From NCBI GenBank assembly GCA_964016885.1, contig OZ024763.1, positions 1,116,001 to 1,180,000 of the forward strand: a DNA stretch of 64,000 nt, given 5' to 3'. The position numbers were made by a program, and so were the translations under genes. The stretch's first letter is position 1, and each line of letters starts with the position of its first letter. This stretch comes from Eledone cirrhosa. Its lineage: Eukaryota. This document shows, one piece after another, positions 37,926 to 51,871 of the stretch. Under the pieces are notes generated by a model. That model was not told where the DNA came from. It did not search any database and saw only the letters and a program-made list of their open reading frames with translations.

Positions 37926-38261
37926 GGGAGACGAGGGAGGGTCATGGTTATAGTCAGCCTCTTGATATTTAACAAGGGTCAGAAGTGAAACCCATTTACT
38001 GCCAGGAGGTGTGGTAGACATAGAACTGGTTGGGGCTGGCCACCGACTAATTAACTCTGAACATCCTCTTCCACACGAAACCACATGAGGAAGATATTCT
38101 TGAAAAGTACAAAACAGTACTATGTTTATATCACATTAAATATTAAAGTTTTTACTGTAATATTACTATTAATGTTTATAGTATTTTTACTGTCTACCAG
38201 TAAAGATACTATAAACATTTAGTACAAAACAACACTATGACTACATCACATTAAATATTAA

Positions 38262-39160
38262 CCCTTTAGCATTTACATTACTTTATATATACTTTTATAT
38301 TTTCATGGTAAAGGTTTTACTTCACATAATTATCTAACATAATATTGAATCTATGAGATTTTCATATTATTTATTTTGAGAATAATACCTTAACATCAGC
38401 ATGAGTGGCCAGTTACAGACTGTTTGAACAGAAAGAGATGAGATTTCGATATTATTTATTTTGAGAAGAATACCTTAACATCAGTATGTGTGGCCAGTTA
38501 CAGACTGTTTGAACAGAAAGAGATGTAATTTCAATATTATTTATTTTGAGAATAATACCTTAACATCAGCATGAGTGGCCAGTTACAGACTGTTTGAACA
38601 GAAAGAGATGTAATTTCGATATTATTTATTTTGAGAAGAATACCTTAACATCAGTATGTGTGGCCAGTTACAGACTGTTTGAACAGAAAGAGATGTAATT
38701 TCAATATTATTTATTTTGAGAATAATACCTTAACATCAGCATGAGTGGCCAGTTACAGACTGTTTGAACAGAAAGAGATGTAATTTCGATATTATTTATT
38801 TTGAGAAGAATACCTTAACATCAGTATGTGTGGCCAGTTACAGACTGTTTGAACAGAAAGAGATGTAATTTCAATATTATTTATTTTGAGAATAATACCT
38901 TAACATCAGCATGAGTGGCCAGTTACAGACTGTTTGAACAGAAAGAGATGAGATTTCGATATTATTTATTTTGAGAATAATACCTTAACATCAGCATGAG
39001 TGGCCAGTTACAGACTGTTTGAACAGAAAGAGATGTAATTTCAATATTATTTATTTTGAGAATAATACCTTAACATCAGTATGTGTGGCCAGTTACAGCC
39101 AATTAGAACAGAAAGAGGTGAGAATTCTGGCTGGATACGGCCTGTTGAAATGCTAAAGGG
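38262..39160. mobile_element. piggyBac-like MITE expanded by an internal 85-bp array
   Basis: TTAA|CCCTTTAGCATTT ... AAATGCTAAAGGG|TTAA; ~8.5 copies of an 85-bp unit at 38368-39100. Confidence 0.85.
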
Positions 39161-39805
39161 TTAAAATGCTTGTTTCTTAGAAAATTTGTTTTACAAAAGT
39201 GTGTTGAAAAATTCTATATATATTCTCAAAACGGTGTCCCAGCATAAATTGCATTTCATAGAACACGATCATTTCATGGGGTTCTTTAGGTTGTTTGTAT
39301 TGGTATCAAAAGAGTTAAATGGAATATTAAAATTATGGTCCTTTTTTTTCATATTAATAAAAAAACACAATACATACACACACACATATCATCATCATCA
39401 TCTTCGTTTAACGTCCATTTTCCACGCTAGCATGGGTTAGACGGGAGTTGTCCCACTTGAGGCAAGGTTGGTCGGGTGACCATGTCTCGCTCATATAGGA
39501 CTATCTGGCAGGTTTTCTATGTCTGGATGCCCTTCCTAACACCAACCACATTTACAGTGTGGAACTGGGAACTTTTTACCATGTTACCTACACGGCCACA
39601 TTACAGCGTGGACTGTGTGTTTTTTCTCGTGACACCTACACGATCTCGATCTCATTATCTCATTTATTTGGACTGGATGTTGTGGTACCAACTTTACAGA
39701 GAGAGGGTGGGGTTGGTGGGAGTGGGAGGATAGGGTAGGGTATATATTGTTTTATATATTATATATATACATGTATATATGTATGTGTATATATATATAT
39801 ATGTA

Positions 39806-40153
39806 TGGAGGCACATGGCTTAGTGGTTAGAGCATTGGCCTTGCAATCGAAAGGTTGTGAGTTCAATTCTCAGACCGGGTGATGTGTTGTTTCCTTGAGC
39901 AAGACACTTTATTTCACATTACTCCAGTTTACTCAGCTGTAGAAATGAGATGATAGGGACTGGGGTCCCTATCATTCCACTGCAAAGTGGTCGTGGAGGT
40001 GCCACAGCAAAAAAAAGCACCCAGCACTCACTGTAAATGAGGTTGGTGTTAGGAAGGGCATCCAGCTGTAGAAATCAAGCCAGAATCAGTTCCCGTCCCA
40101 CCCTTGCAAGCAGGGAAAAGTGGACGTAAAATGAAATGATGAAATGATGATGA
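39806..40153 (+). mobile_element. Full-length SINE family A
   Basis: Near-identical to 1317-1663. Confidence 0.9.
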
Positions 40154-40274
40154 TGTATGTATATCGCTTAGTAAATATTTGAAAACAAAATGGGATAAAA
40201 ATTATGAATTTCTTCTTTTTACTGTTTTTTTTTTTTTTTTGGTTTGTATCTTTTATGTTTTGTTTCTGTTTCAG

Positions 40275-40609
40275 ATATCATGCCAGTCAGTGCTTTGACT
40301 GACCAGGGTCTCACAGAAGCTCTCGACTGGCTGGCGTGTCAGCTTGGTTCAGTCCAGGCAAAGAAGGCTGTCTACACCACTATGCCACCAGCACCTGAAG
40401 AGATGCCACGGATGCAACGCGAGTCGAGCGACAGGTTGGAACACAACACCGACTACTGCTCGAGGGCCTATACTGCTATCAAGTGCCTCTTCTTTAGGAC
40501 GAGTCGCACTCAAGACATCACCACCGACACCCGAACAAACCGCATCCAAGACTCCGTACAAGAATCGCGGACAACGCCAGGAAAATTTCAGAACTGTCCG
40601 GAAATATAG
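40275..40609 (+). CDS. ARF-family GTPase terminal exon ([24 protein letters not shown] + ~85-aa tail)
   Basis: Long T-rich tract + tttcag acceptor in the correct phase. G5-like SAL and GLxExLDWL helix, TAG stop, AATAAA repeats from ~40617. Confidence 0.88.
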
Positions 40610-40796
40610 TCGGTAAAATAAATAAATAAATAAATAAAAAAACAAAAACAAAAAAAACACAAACAAACAAAAAAAAAAACACAAAAAAGAAAAAAAGAAA
40701 ACGAAAACATAAAAACAAAATAACAACTACAACTACAACAACAACAACAACAACAGTAAGATGCGGAGACAATGCAAACTTGTACAGAAGGACTGG

Positions 40797-41043
40797 TGTA
40801 TATATATATATAGATATATATACACATATATATATATATATATATACATACACATATATATATATATATAGATATATATACACATATATATATACATACA
40901 TATATATATATAGATATATATACACATATATATATATACATAGATATATATACACATTTATATATATATACATATACATATATACATAGATATATATACA
41001 TATATATATATATACACATACATACATACATATGTATATATAC

Positions 41044-41090
<47 letters not shown>

Positions 41091-41105
41091 CATATATATA
41101 TATAC

Positions 41106-41154
<49 letters not shown>

Positions 41155-41189
41155 CACATACATACATATACATATATATACATACATAT

Positions 41190-41221
<32 letters not shown>

Positions 41222-41499
41222 ATATACACATACATACATATATATATATACACATACATATATATATATATATACACACACACATATATATATATACATA
41301 CATACACATATATATATATATACATACATACACATATATATATATATACATACATACACATATATATATATATATATACATACACATATATACATACACA
41401 TATATATACATATATACATACACATATATATACATACATATACATATATACATACACATATATATATACACATATATATATACACACATATATACACAC

Positions 41500-41531
<32 letters not shown>

Positions 41532-41600
41532 GTAGATATATATATATATACACATATATATATACATATATTTACACACACACACACACATATATACATA
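40797..41600. repeat. (TA)/(CA) compound microsatellite
   Basis: Directly visible. Confidence 0.97.
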
Positions 41601-41905
41601 AATACAGCTGCACTTACGCACCTTGCTCAATTGTGGCCATCCAAAATCTTCATTTGAACTTATGAAGATGGGGGAGAGAAATAACGAAGGACAAAACGAA
41701 ATATAGGATATTCTATGACAAGGTGCAAGTATTTGTGTTTTAACTGGGACTTGGTGAACAATGGTTGACAAACGTTTTGTCTGAGTCATATTTAATCTGA
41801 GAAGACCATCTGTTGAAACTTAAAGCAATTACATTATGGAAGAGTCTTTTGAATCATTCAAGGTTAAAAAAAAATGAAAGAATACGCACACAAAACCCTG
41901 TCTAA

Positions 41906-42126
41906 CCCTTTAGCATTTCCATTACTCTATATATACTATTGTATTTTCCTGGTACAGTCTTTATCTCACATAATTATCTCACAAAATATCGAATCTACGA
42001 GATTTTGATATTATTTATTTTGAGAACAATACCTTAACATCAGAATGAGTTTCCAGTTATGGCCAGTTTGAACAGAAAGAAGTGAGAGAATTTTGGCCAG
42101 GTATGGCCAGCTCAAATGCTAAAGGG
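41906..42126. mobile_element. 221-bp piggyBac-like MITE (unexpanded form)
   Basis: CTAA|CCCTTTAGCATTT ... AAATGCTAAAGGG|TTAA; collinear with 38262-39160. Confidence 0.85.
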
Positions 42127-42619
42127 TTAAAACCCTTTTGATACCAACCAACCAACCAACCCATCCAACCACCACTTCTGATTCTATGAGACAAAACCAC
42201 CCATTTTAAACGGTTCCTATTTAAAATTTGAAGATGTGAGGGAACCAAAGGCAGAACAACTTACAACTTATAACTAAAACCTTCCAACAATAATTTCATA
42301 TAAGAATTCTGTCTAAAGTTATGTTACAAATACCATGTTTATAATGAGATAATTCATCATTTTTGTAAATTCCTCAAAATTCTTCATTAATTAATTCAAA
42401 TGAAGTGAATTCAATTAAAATTATTCTTTGGAAATGGTTAAGTCTTTTGGTACCAACCAACTTGCCCCAAGCTATCTCTGATTCTATGAAACAAAAACCA
42501 CCTATTTTAAAGGGGTCCTATTTAAATCAATGCAAAAACCCCACCTATTTTAAAGGGTTCCTATTCAAATTAATACCCAAAACCCCACCCTTTTTAAAGG
42601 GTTTCTCTTTAAAGTAAAG

Positions 42620-42830
42620 ATATGGCTCAGTGGTTAGAGAATTGGATTTACAATCATGAGGTTGTGTGTTCAATTCCTGGACTGGGAGATGTGTGATGTC
42701 CTTGAGCAAGACATTTTATTTCATGTTGCTCCTTCTGCCATGAGTTGTGTCTGGTAGATATTATCAGCAATGGAAAGACCAGTGGAAACATTGTTCCCTT
42801 GGTCTGATTTGAGAGTATTTACTTTCTGTT
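42620..42830 (+). mobile_element. SINE family B, diverged
   Basis: TGGCTCAGTGG A-box, GTTCAATTCC B-box; body like 1-172. Confidence 0.75.
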
Positions 42831-42944
42831 TCCTGGTGTCAACATTTTTGTCACACTGGTCACCCAGCTGTAGTAAAACTGTATCAATGACTAGGTCACA
42901 AACTGTGCTACAAAACAGTTTTGTTGCCAGGAAAGTGAATTTAC

Positions 42945-43155
42945 TAATGAAAGACACTGCCTATGATATTAACCCTTTCATTACCATATTTCTAATGAAA
43001 GACACTGCCTATGTTTTTAACCCTTTCATTACCATATTTCTAATGAAAGACACTGCCTATGTTTTTAACCCTTTCATTACCATATTTCTAATGAAAGACA
43101 CTGCCTATGTTTTTAACCCTTTCATTTCCATATTTCTAATGAAAGACACTGTCTA
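42945..43155. repeat. 48-bp array (~4 copies) from the AAAGGGTTAA repeat family
   Basis: taatgaaagacactgcctatgtttttaaccctttcattaccatatttc; 16-aa periodicity in the ORF track. Confidence 0.9.
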
Positions 43156-43387
43156 TGATTTTCAAATAATTTTGAAAATAATCAAGAATTGGGAGGGATT
43201 TAATTTCTCATTATAAAGCTAGTGTTTGGAATATAACTTAACAAAGGTTCTTGTATAAAATATTATGGAAGAGGTTTTTAGATGAATATAAACAATTTAA
43301 CCCTTTCATTGACATATTTCTAATGAAAGATATTGTCTGATTTTCAAATTATTGAGAAAATGGAAGAATTTAGTAATATAACTGTCT

Positions 43388-44365
43388 TGGACTGTGGTTA
43401 GAATGTCTCAGGAAAGAATCACTGGACAGATTTGTAGCTCAGAGATCAGAGAGTCACTCCAGGTAGAGCTGCTACTTCTCCGAATTGAGAGATCACAGCT
43501 CCAATACTATGGACTGTGGTTAGAATGTCTCGGGAAAGAATCACTGGACAGATTTGTAGCTCAGAGATCAGAGAGTCACTCCAGGTAGAGCTGTTACTTC
43601 TCCGAATTGAGAGATCACAGCTCCAATACTATGGACTGTGGTTAGAATGTCTCAGGAAAGAATCACTGGACAGATTTGTAGCTCAGAGATCAGAGAGTCA
43701 CTCCAGGTAGAGCTGCTACTTCTCCTAATTGAGAGATCACAGCTCCAATACTATGGACTGTGGTTAGAATGTCCCAGGAAAGAATCACTGGACAGATTTA
43801 TAGCTCAGAGATCAGATAGTCACTCCAGGTAGAGCTGCTACTTCTCTGAATTGAGAGATCACAGCTCCAATACTATGGACTGTGGTTAGAATGTCCCAGG
43901 AAAGAATCACTGGACAGATTTGTAGCTCAGAGATCAGATAGTCACTCCAGGTAGAGCTGCTACTTCTCCGAATTGAGAGATCACAGCTCCAATTCTATGG
44001 ACTGTGGTTAGAATGTCTCGGGAAAGAATCACTGGACAGATTTGTAGCTCAGAGATCAGAGAGTCACTCCAGGTAGAGCTGTTACTTCTCCGAATTGAGA
44101 GATCACAGCTCCAATACTATGGACTGTGGTTAGAATGTCCCAGGAAAGAATCGCTGGACAGATTCTATGGGGCAAAAACCAACTAACAAGAGACCCACGA
44201 GTAGACCCCGAGTAATATGGTTGGATAACATCCATGAGGTTGGCTGGTCACACTTGGGGGATACAACCAGATCAGTTGGAGATGGTTGCTTCTGACAGGA
44301 CCCGCTGGAAGGAGTGTTTGAGGACTCTGCCCCCACGACCCTCTCAGGAATAAGTGGACAAAGAA
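43388..44365 (+). mobile_element. RTE LINE 3' end with ~6 tandem 122-bp units
   Basis: ORF-track starts spaced 122 bp apart (43394, 43516, 43638...44004); the unique 3' end follows. Confidence 0.88.
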
Positions 44366-44904
44366 GCATCAGTAAAGAAGTTTTGTATCGTAGAATCAGG
44401 GTCAGTTTCAGGCAGTTTGGTATCAAAAGGGGTCAACAGTTTTTTTTTTTTTTTCTGTGGGTGTATATATATATATATTTTTTTTGTTTACTTTTTCTGA
44501 CTGACCAAAATGACTCTTCCACATTGTAAACTAATTAATAAACAAAACACATTTCTACACTTGTTAATCCCCTCCCCCCCATGGTTGAAGTCATGGAGAC
44601 TGTGGAATTATGGGTAATATTTAACTCTTAATGTCCTGAACCACATCAAACCACATTAACAAGACATTCTTGAAAAGTACAAACCAGCTCTGTGACTGTA
44701 TCATAATGAAAATCAAAGTATTTACTCTAATATACCAAATTTTTTTACAACAATCTGTCCACTAGTAAAAATACTACAAACATTTGAATTAACAAACCTG
44801 TTTTTAGGTATTTTCTACCAAATCATTACAGGATGTTAAGGGTTAAAAGAAAAAAATATAGAAGCTGAGTACTTTTTATGTTTTTTTGTTGTTCTTTCTT
44901 TTAC

Positions 44905-45185
44905 ATGGGGTGGCGTGGCACCCCAGGGGTAGTGTGGCACACCAGGGGTGGTGTGGCACACCAGGAGTGGTGTGGCACCCAAAAGGGATTGTGTGACATG
45001 CCAGGGATTTGTGTGACACCGCAGGGATAGTGTGACACCCAAAGGGTGGTGTGACACCCCATGTGTAGCGTGACACTCAAGGGATTGTGTGACATGCCAG
45101 AGATTTGTGTGACACCCCAGGGGTGGTCTGACACCACAGGTGTCGTGTGACACCCCAGGGATTTGTGTGAAACCCTAGGGGTATA
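44905..45185. repeat. ~20-bp degenerate repeat (ggtgtgacaccccaggg)
   Basis: Recurring gtgtgacac/gtggcac cores. Confidence 0.8.
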
Positions 45186-45377
45186 TGGAATGTGGTTGCT
45201 ATGAATTATTGAGTGTTAAATCAGAAAATACACAAACCAAATACAGCCATGGCTACATTTTTTACCAGTTTCTGTTGTACTCCATTGAGATGGTCATAAA
45301 ATGAACTGACCAGTAGACAGTCCGCATTTAATGACCAGGGTTTGTTTTATCGAGCTAGTTGTAAAGTGAATCAGTCT

Positions 45378-48300
45378 CTATTTCTACCAGGTCTAGCTAC
45401 CATGTAGAGGTCTCCCTCATACATATAACAGTAGTGTGTGATTTGAGGGAGATTTGACTGCTATTTCTTCCAGGTCTAGCTACCATGTAGAGGTCTCCCT
45501 CATACATATGACAGTAGTGTGTGATTTGAGGGAGATTTGGCTGCTATTTCTTCCAGGTCTAGCTACCATGTAGAGGTCTCCCTCATACATATGACAGTAG
45601 TCTGTGATTTGAGGGAGATTTGACTGCTATTTCTACCAGGTCTAGCTACCATGTAGAGGTCTACCTCATACATAAGACAGTAGTGTGTGATTTGAGGGAG
45701 ATTTGACTGCTATTTCTTCCAGGTCTAGCTACCATGTAGAGGTCTACCTCATACATATGACAGTAGTGTGTGATTTGAGGGAGATTTGGCTGCTATTTCT
45801 ACCAGGCCTAGCTACCATGTAGAGGTCTACCTCATACATATGACAGTAGTGTGTGATTTGAGGGAGATTTGGCTGCTATTTCTACCAGGCCTAGCTACCA
45901 TGTAGATGTCTACCTCATACATAAGACAGTAGTGTGTGATTTGAGGGAGATTTGGCTGCTATTTCTACCAGGTCTAGCTACCATGTAGAGGTCTACCTCA
46001 TACATAAGACAGTAGTGTGTGATTTGAGGGAGATTTGGCTGCTATTACTACCAGGTCAAGCTACCATGTAGAGGTCTACCTCATACATATGACAGTAGTG
46101 TGTGATTTGAGGGAGATTTGGCTGCTATTTCTACCAGGTCTACCTACCATGTAGAGGTCTACCTCATACATATGACAGTAGTGTGTGATTTGAGGGAGAT
46201 TTGGCTGCTATTACTACCAGGTCTAGCTACCATGTAGAGGTCTACCTCATACATATGACAGTAGTGTGTGATTTGAGGGAGATTTGGCTGCTATTACTAC
46301 CAGGTCTAGCTATCATGTAGAGGTCTCCCTCATACATAAGACAGTAGTGTGTGATTTTAGGGAGATTTGGCTGCTATTACTGCCAGGTCTAGCTACCATG
46401 TAGAGGTCTACCTCATACATATGACAGTAGTGTGTGATTTGAGGGAGATTTGGCTGCTATTTCTACCAGGTCTACCTACCATGTAGAGGTCTCCCTCATA
46501 CATATGACAGTAGTGTGTGATTTGAGGGAGATTTGGCTGCTATTTCTACCAGGTCTAGCTACCATGTAGAGGTCTTCCTCATACATATGACAGTAGTCTG
46601 TGATTTGAGGGAGATTTGGCTGCTATTACTACCAGGTCAAGCTACCATGTAGAGGTCTACCTCATACATAAGACAGTAGTGTGTGATTTTAGGGAGATTT
46701 GGCTGCTATTTCTACCAGGTCTAGCTACCATGTAGAGGTCTACCTCATACATATGACAATAGTGTGTGATTTGAGGGAGATTTGGCTGCTATTACTACCA
46801 GGTCTAGCTACCATGTAGAGGTCTACCTCATACATAAGACAGTAGGATGTGATATGAGGGAGATTTGGCTACTATTACTACCAGGTCTAGCTACCATGTA
46901 GAGGTCTCCCTCATACATAAGACAGTAGGATGTGATATGAGGGAGATTTGGCTGCTATTACTACCAGGTCTAGCTACCATGTAGAGGTCTACCTCATACA
47001 TATGACAGTAGTCTGTGATTTGAGGGAGATTTGGCTGCTATTACTACCAGGTCTAGCTACCATGTAGAGGTCTCCCTCATACATAAGACAGTAGGATGTG
47101 ATATGAGGGAGATTTGGCTGCTATTACTACCAGGTCTAGCTACCATGTAGAGGTCTCCCTCATACATAAGACAGTAGTCTGTGATTTTAGGGAGATTTGG
47201 CTGCTATTACTACCAGGTCTAGCTACCATGTAGAGGTCTCCCTCATACATAAGACAGTAGTCTGTGATTTTAGGGAGATTTGGCTGCTATTACTACCAGG
47301 TCTAGCTACCATGTAGAGGTCTACCTCATACATATGACAGTAGTCTGTGATTTGAGGGAGATTTGGCTGCTATTACTACCAGGTCTAGCTACCATGTAGA
47401 GGTCTCCCTCATACATAAGACAGTAGGATGTGATATGAGGGAGATTTGGCTGCTATTACTACCAGGTCTAGCTACCATGTAGAGGTCTCCCTCATACATA
47501 TGACAGTAGTGTGTGATTTTAGGGAGATTTGGCTGCTATTACTACCAGGTCTAGCTACCATGTAGAGGTCTACCTCATACATATGACAGTAGTCTGTGAT
47601 TTTAGGGAGATTTGGCTGCTATTTCTACCAGGTCTAGCTACCATGTAGAGGTCTCCCTCATACATAAGACAGTAGTGTGTGATTTTAGGGAGATTTGGCT
47701 GCTATTACTACCAGGTCTAGCTACCATGTAGAGGTCTACCTCATACATAAGACAGTAGTCTTTGATTTTAGGGAGATTTGGCTGCTATTACTACCAGGTC
47801 TAGCTACCATGTAGAGGTCTACCTCATACATATGACAGTAGTCTGTGATTTTAGGGAGATTTGGCTGCTATTTCTACCAGGTCTAGCTACCATGTAGAGG
47901 TCTCCCTCATACATAAGACAGTAGTGTGTGATTTTAGGGAGATTTGGCTGCTATTACTACCAGGTCTAGCTACCATGTAGAGGTCTACCTCATACATAAG
48001 ACAGTAGTGTGTGATTTTAGGGAGATTTGGCTGCTATTACTACCAGGTCTAGCTACCATGTAGAGGTCTACCTCATACATATGACAATAGTGTGTGATTT
48101 GAGGGAGATTTGGCTGCTATTTCTACCAGGTCTAGCTACCATGTAGAGGTCTCCCTCATACATATGACAGTAGTGTGTGATTTTAGGGAGATTTGGCTGC
48201 TATTTCTACCAGGTCTAGCTACCATGTAGAGGTCTACCTCATACATATGACAGTAGTGTGTGATTTGAGGGAGATTTGGCTGCTATTACTACCAGGTCTA

Positions 48301-48877
48301 GCTACCATGTAGAGGTCTACCTCATACATATGACAATAGTGTGTGATTTGAGGGAGATTTGGCTGCTATTTCTACCAGGTCTAGCTACCATGTAGAGGTC
48401 TCCCTCATACATATGACAGTAGTGTGTGATTTTAGGGCGATTTGGCTGCTATTTCTACCAGGTCTAGCTACCATGTAGAGGTCTACCTCATACATATGAC
48501 AGTAGTGTGTGATTTGAGGGAGATTTGGCTGCTATTACTACCAGGTCTAGCTACCATGTAGAGGTCTACCTCATACATATGACAATAGTGTGTGATTTGA
48601 GGGAGATTTGGCTGCTATTACTACCAGGTCTAGCTACCATGTAGAGGTCTCCCTCATACATAAGACAGTAGTGTGTGATTTTAGGGAGATTTGGCTGCTA
48701 TTACTACCAGGTCTAGCTACCATGTAGAGGTCTCCCTCATACATAAGACAGTAGTGTGTGATTTTAGGGAGATTTGGCTGCTATTACTACCAGGTCTAGC
48801 TACCATGTAGAGGTCTCCCTCATACATAAGACAGTAGTGTGTGATTTTAGGGAGATTTGGCTGCTATTACTACCAGG
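45378..48877. repeat. 83-bp satellite, ~42 copies
   Basis: Unit ctatttctaccaggtctagctaccatgtagaggtctccctcatacatatgacagtagtgtgtgatttgagggagatttggctg; period 83. Confidence 0.98.
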
Positions 48878-49377
48878 GTCGGCTCCAACTCTCTAGTCAT
48901 AAAATATATTTAGATACCGTTTTAATGTTGACAGATAATAGTATTTGAGAGTATGAAAAATTACCAAATATTGGTTTTTATATTAACCTTTGCGTTATAT
49001 TTCTAATGAAAGACACTCTTTTACTCTTTTACTTGTTCCAGCCATCTGGCTGAGGCCATGCTGGGGCACCGCCCTTGAGGCACTGTCTAGGTATTTCAAT
49101 TATTTTTGAAAATAATCAAGAATTTGGAGGGATTTAGTAATATAACTAACTTTCTCTGGGAAATAACTTAACAAAGGTACTTACATAAAATTATGATGGA
49201 AAGTTTTTAGGTAAATATAAACATTTTAAAAATAAACAGCTTTGTACGATAAAATCTGAGGTGGTTTCAGGTGATCTAGTTGAGAAAGTGTTAGCCAAAT
49301 TCTATGATTAAAGTAAATTATAAAGCATAAAGGGATAGACTGTCTTAATGTACATTTGCATTATTTTCAAGCTTCAA

Positions 49378-49568
49378 GGTCGGTAGATTGGCAGAAGCGG
49401 TAGAGCGTCAGACACCATGCTTTGCAGCATAGTTATGTCCCTTTGCGTTCTGAGTTCAAATCCGCCAAGGTTAACTTTGCCTTTCATCCTTACGAGGTTG
49501 ATAAAATAAAGTACCAGTAATGCACTGTGGTAATTGCTGGCCTTGTGCCAATAGTAGAAACAATTATT
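49378..49568 (+). mobile_element. SINE family C
   Basis: Same body as the 29020 copy. Confidence 0.85.
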
Positions 49569-49677
49569 TTCAAGCTTAAAACAAATAAATTTGCTGGATA
49601 AAGAATAAACAAATTATGTAGTATAAAGAAATAACACACACACACACATATATATATATACACACCAAAAATTGATG

Positions 49678-50190
49678 GTACTATGATAAAATACACCTGG
49701 TACACTCTGTAAAGTGGTAGAGCTGGTGTCATGATATATTACGCCTGGTATAATCTGTCAAGTGGTAGTGCTGGTGCCACAATAAAATACACTCAGTACA
49801 CTCTGTAAAGTGGTAGTGTTGGTGCCATGATAAAACACACCCAGTACACTTTGTAAAGTGGTAGTGTTGGTGTCATGATAAAAAACATCCAGTACACTCT
49901 GTAAAGTGGTATGTTGGAGCTTTGATAAAATATACCAGGTACACTCTGTAAAGTGGTAGTGTTGGTGCCATGATAAAATACCCCCAGTACACTCTGTAAA
50001 GTGGTAGTGTTGGTGCTATGATGAAATACACCTGGTACACTCTGTATAGTGATTGGCATTAGGAAGGGCATCCAGCCATAGAAGCCATGCCAAATCTGGT
50101 ATGTATGAGCTAGACAGGGTTCTAGTTTTGACTCGTGATAAGCCGTCCAACCCATGCCAGCATGGAAGATGGAAGTAAAATGATAATGAT
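49678..50190 (+). mobile_element. SINE 3' part preceded by ~8 copies of the 48-bp unit
   Basis: Array runs directly into ttaggaagggcatccagcc and the RTE-type tail. Confidence 0.85.
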
Positions 50191-50437
50191 TATTAATTTT
50201 GAGGCGTCATTAAATGAGATGCTCCTTAAAGCTCGTTATGTGAGAAATGGCTGTAATAGAAGAGATTTAAAGATCCCTCGTTAAGTGAGAAATGGCTGAG
50301 ATTCTAAGACCCCTACCCCAACCCAACGACAACAAACAAAACAGGAAATTAAAACAATTTTTCATTTTTTTTCACTTAACAGGGAAACCAGACAAATGAT
50401 GATGATAATACATATATATATATATACACATATATAT

Positions 50438-50909
50438 AGTAAAATAAAATAAAATAAGGACGATTGGTTATTCCTTCATTACGTTTATTGGTTGGTGATT
50501 ACCATTGTAAGGGGTCTGATGAACCGTCGGGTCAGATCGATACAGATCGAACCTTGAGCTGATCAGTGGTGAAACGTGCGTCACCAACCGTCCTTATTTT
50601 ATTTTACTCTAATACACTTTGTCTTGCTCTACACCTCGACACTGAAGTGAACCTAAACATCGAGTGCTCACCCGGGTGAACCTACAGTTACACTCCCTGG
50701 ATATATATATATATATATATAAGAGGGTGTTAAAGTTTGCTTGAAGCATTGTGAAATATGTAAAATATGTAGTTTAGAAAGCCACAACAATGCAGATGGG
50801 GAATCTCGAGGTTCCCCATCTGCATTGTTGTGGCTTTCTAAACTACATATTTTATATATATATATATATATAGATATATTGTATCTCTGTTTTGTTGTTT
50901 CCTTGAACT

Positions 50910-50941
<32 letters not shown>

Positions 50942-51077
50942 ACAGATTAAAGTTTAAGCAAAGAAAAACTGCTTTCAACCTTTTATGGGATCTTCTGAAG
51001 AGTTTCAGATCCTGTAAAGAGTGAAAGCAGTGATTCTTGCTTAAACTTTAATCTGTACTATATAGATATTTGCTCTA

Positions 51078-51118
<41 letters not shown>

Positions 51119-51630
51119 CCTTATCGAGCCTTCTTCGGATTTGGGTCTTCATAAATATATACACACACACACATATATACATATATATATATATTGAAAA
51201 TTTAGAAGCTTCAGCGTATTTTTTTTACTATGAAAAATAGTCTAACATGTTGGTCATAAAAGCCCCAGCCCCAGGATGGGAAAAAGTTCACAGAGCCACA
51301 TGGGCGATGGTGTCAACTTTTATTCCATCCTGGGGCTTTTATGTTCAACTTGTTAGACTATTTTTCATAGTAAAAAAATATGTTTAAGTTTCTAAATTTT
51401 CAATAAATACATATCCGCACAATGTTTCTAAAAATAGATCATATGTATATAATCGGGACCGACAGCTGAGCTCTTGCCATTTTCACTGCTAGTTCCAGAC
51501 TCAAGCTGTTGAAATGGCAAGAGCTCAGCTGTCGGGTCTTGACTCGTTATAATACAACCATACTCTACTACCCAAAGTATTGAGTACTCTGGTGAGTAAT
51601 GGTCTAACCAGTTTCAAACTGAATTCATCC
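50438..51630. mobile_element. Cluster of five TA-separated foldback elements
   Basis: Inverted arms at 50438-50610, 50756-50860, 50940-51060, 51192-51404 and 51455-51540. Confidence 0.75.
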
Positions 51631-51646
51631 TTATATATATATACAG

Positions 51647-51677
<31 letters not shown>

Positions 51678-51832
51678 TATATATAGATATATACAGATAT
51701 ATATATATATATATACACAGATATATATATACATAAGTACCTATATACACATTTATACACACACATTGTCCATAAATTCTTTTTGCAATTTTAATATTTT
51801 TTTATTTTTCATTTCTTTTTTCCTGTTACCTG

Positions 51833-51867
<35 letters not shown>

Positions 51868-51871
51868 ATGT

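Noticed and set aside
41618-41789. Minus-strand exon candidate ending in GTAAGT
   Set aside because: No recognisable protein similarity or partner exon; more likely 3' flank or UTR of the ARF-like gene.
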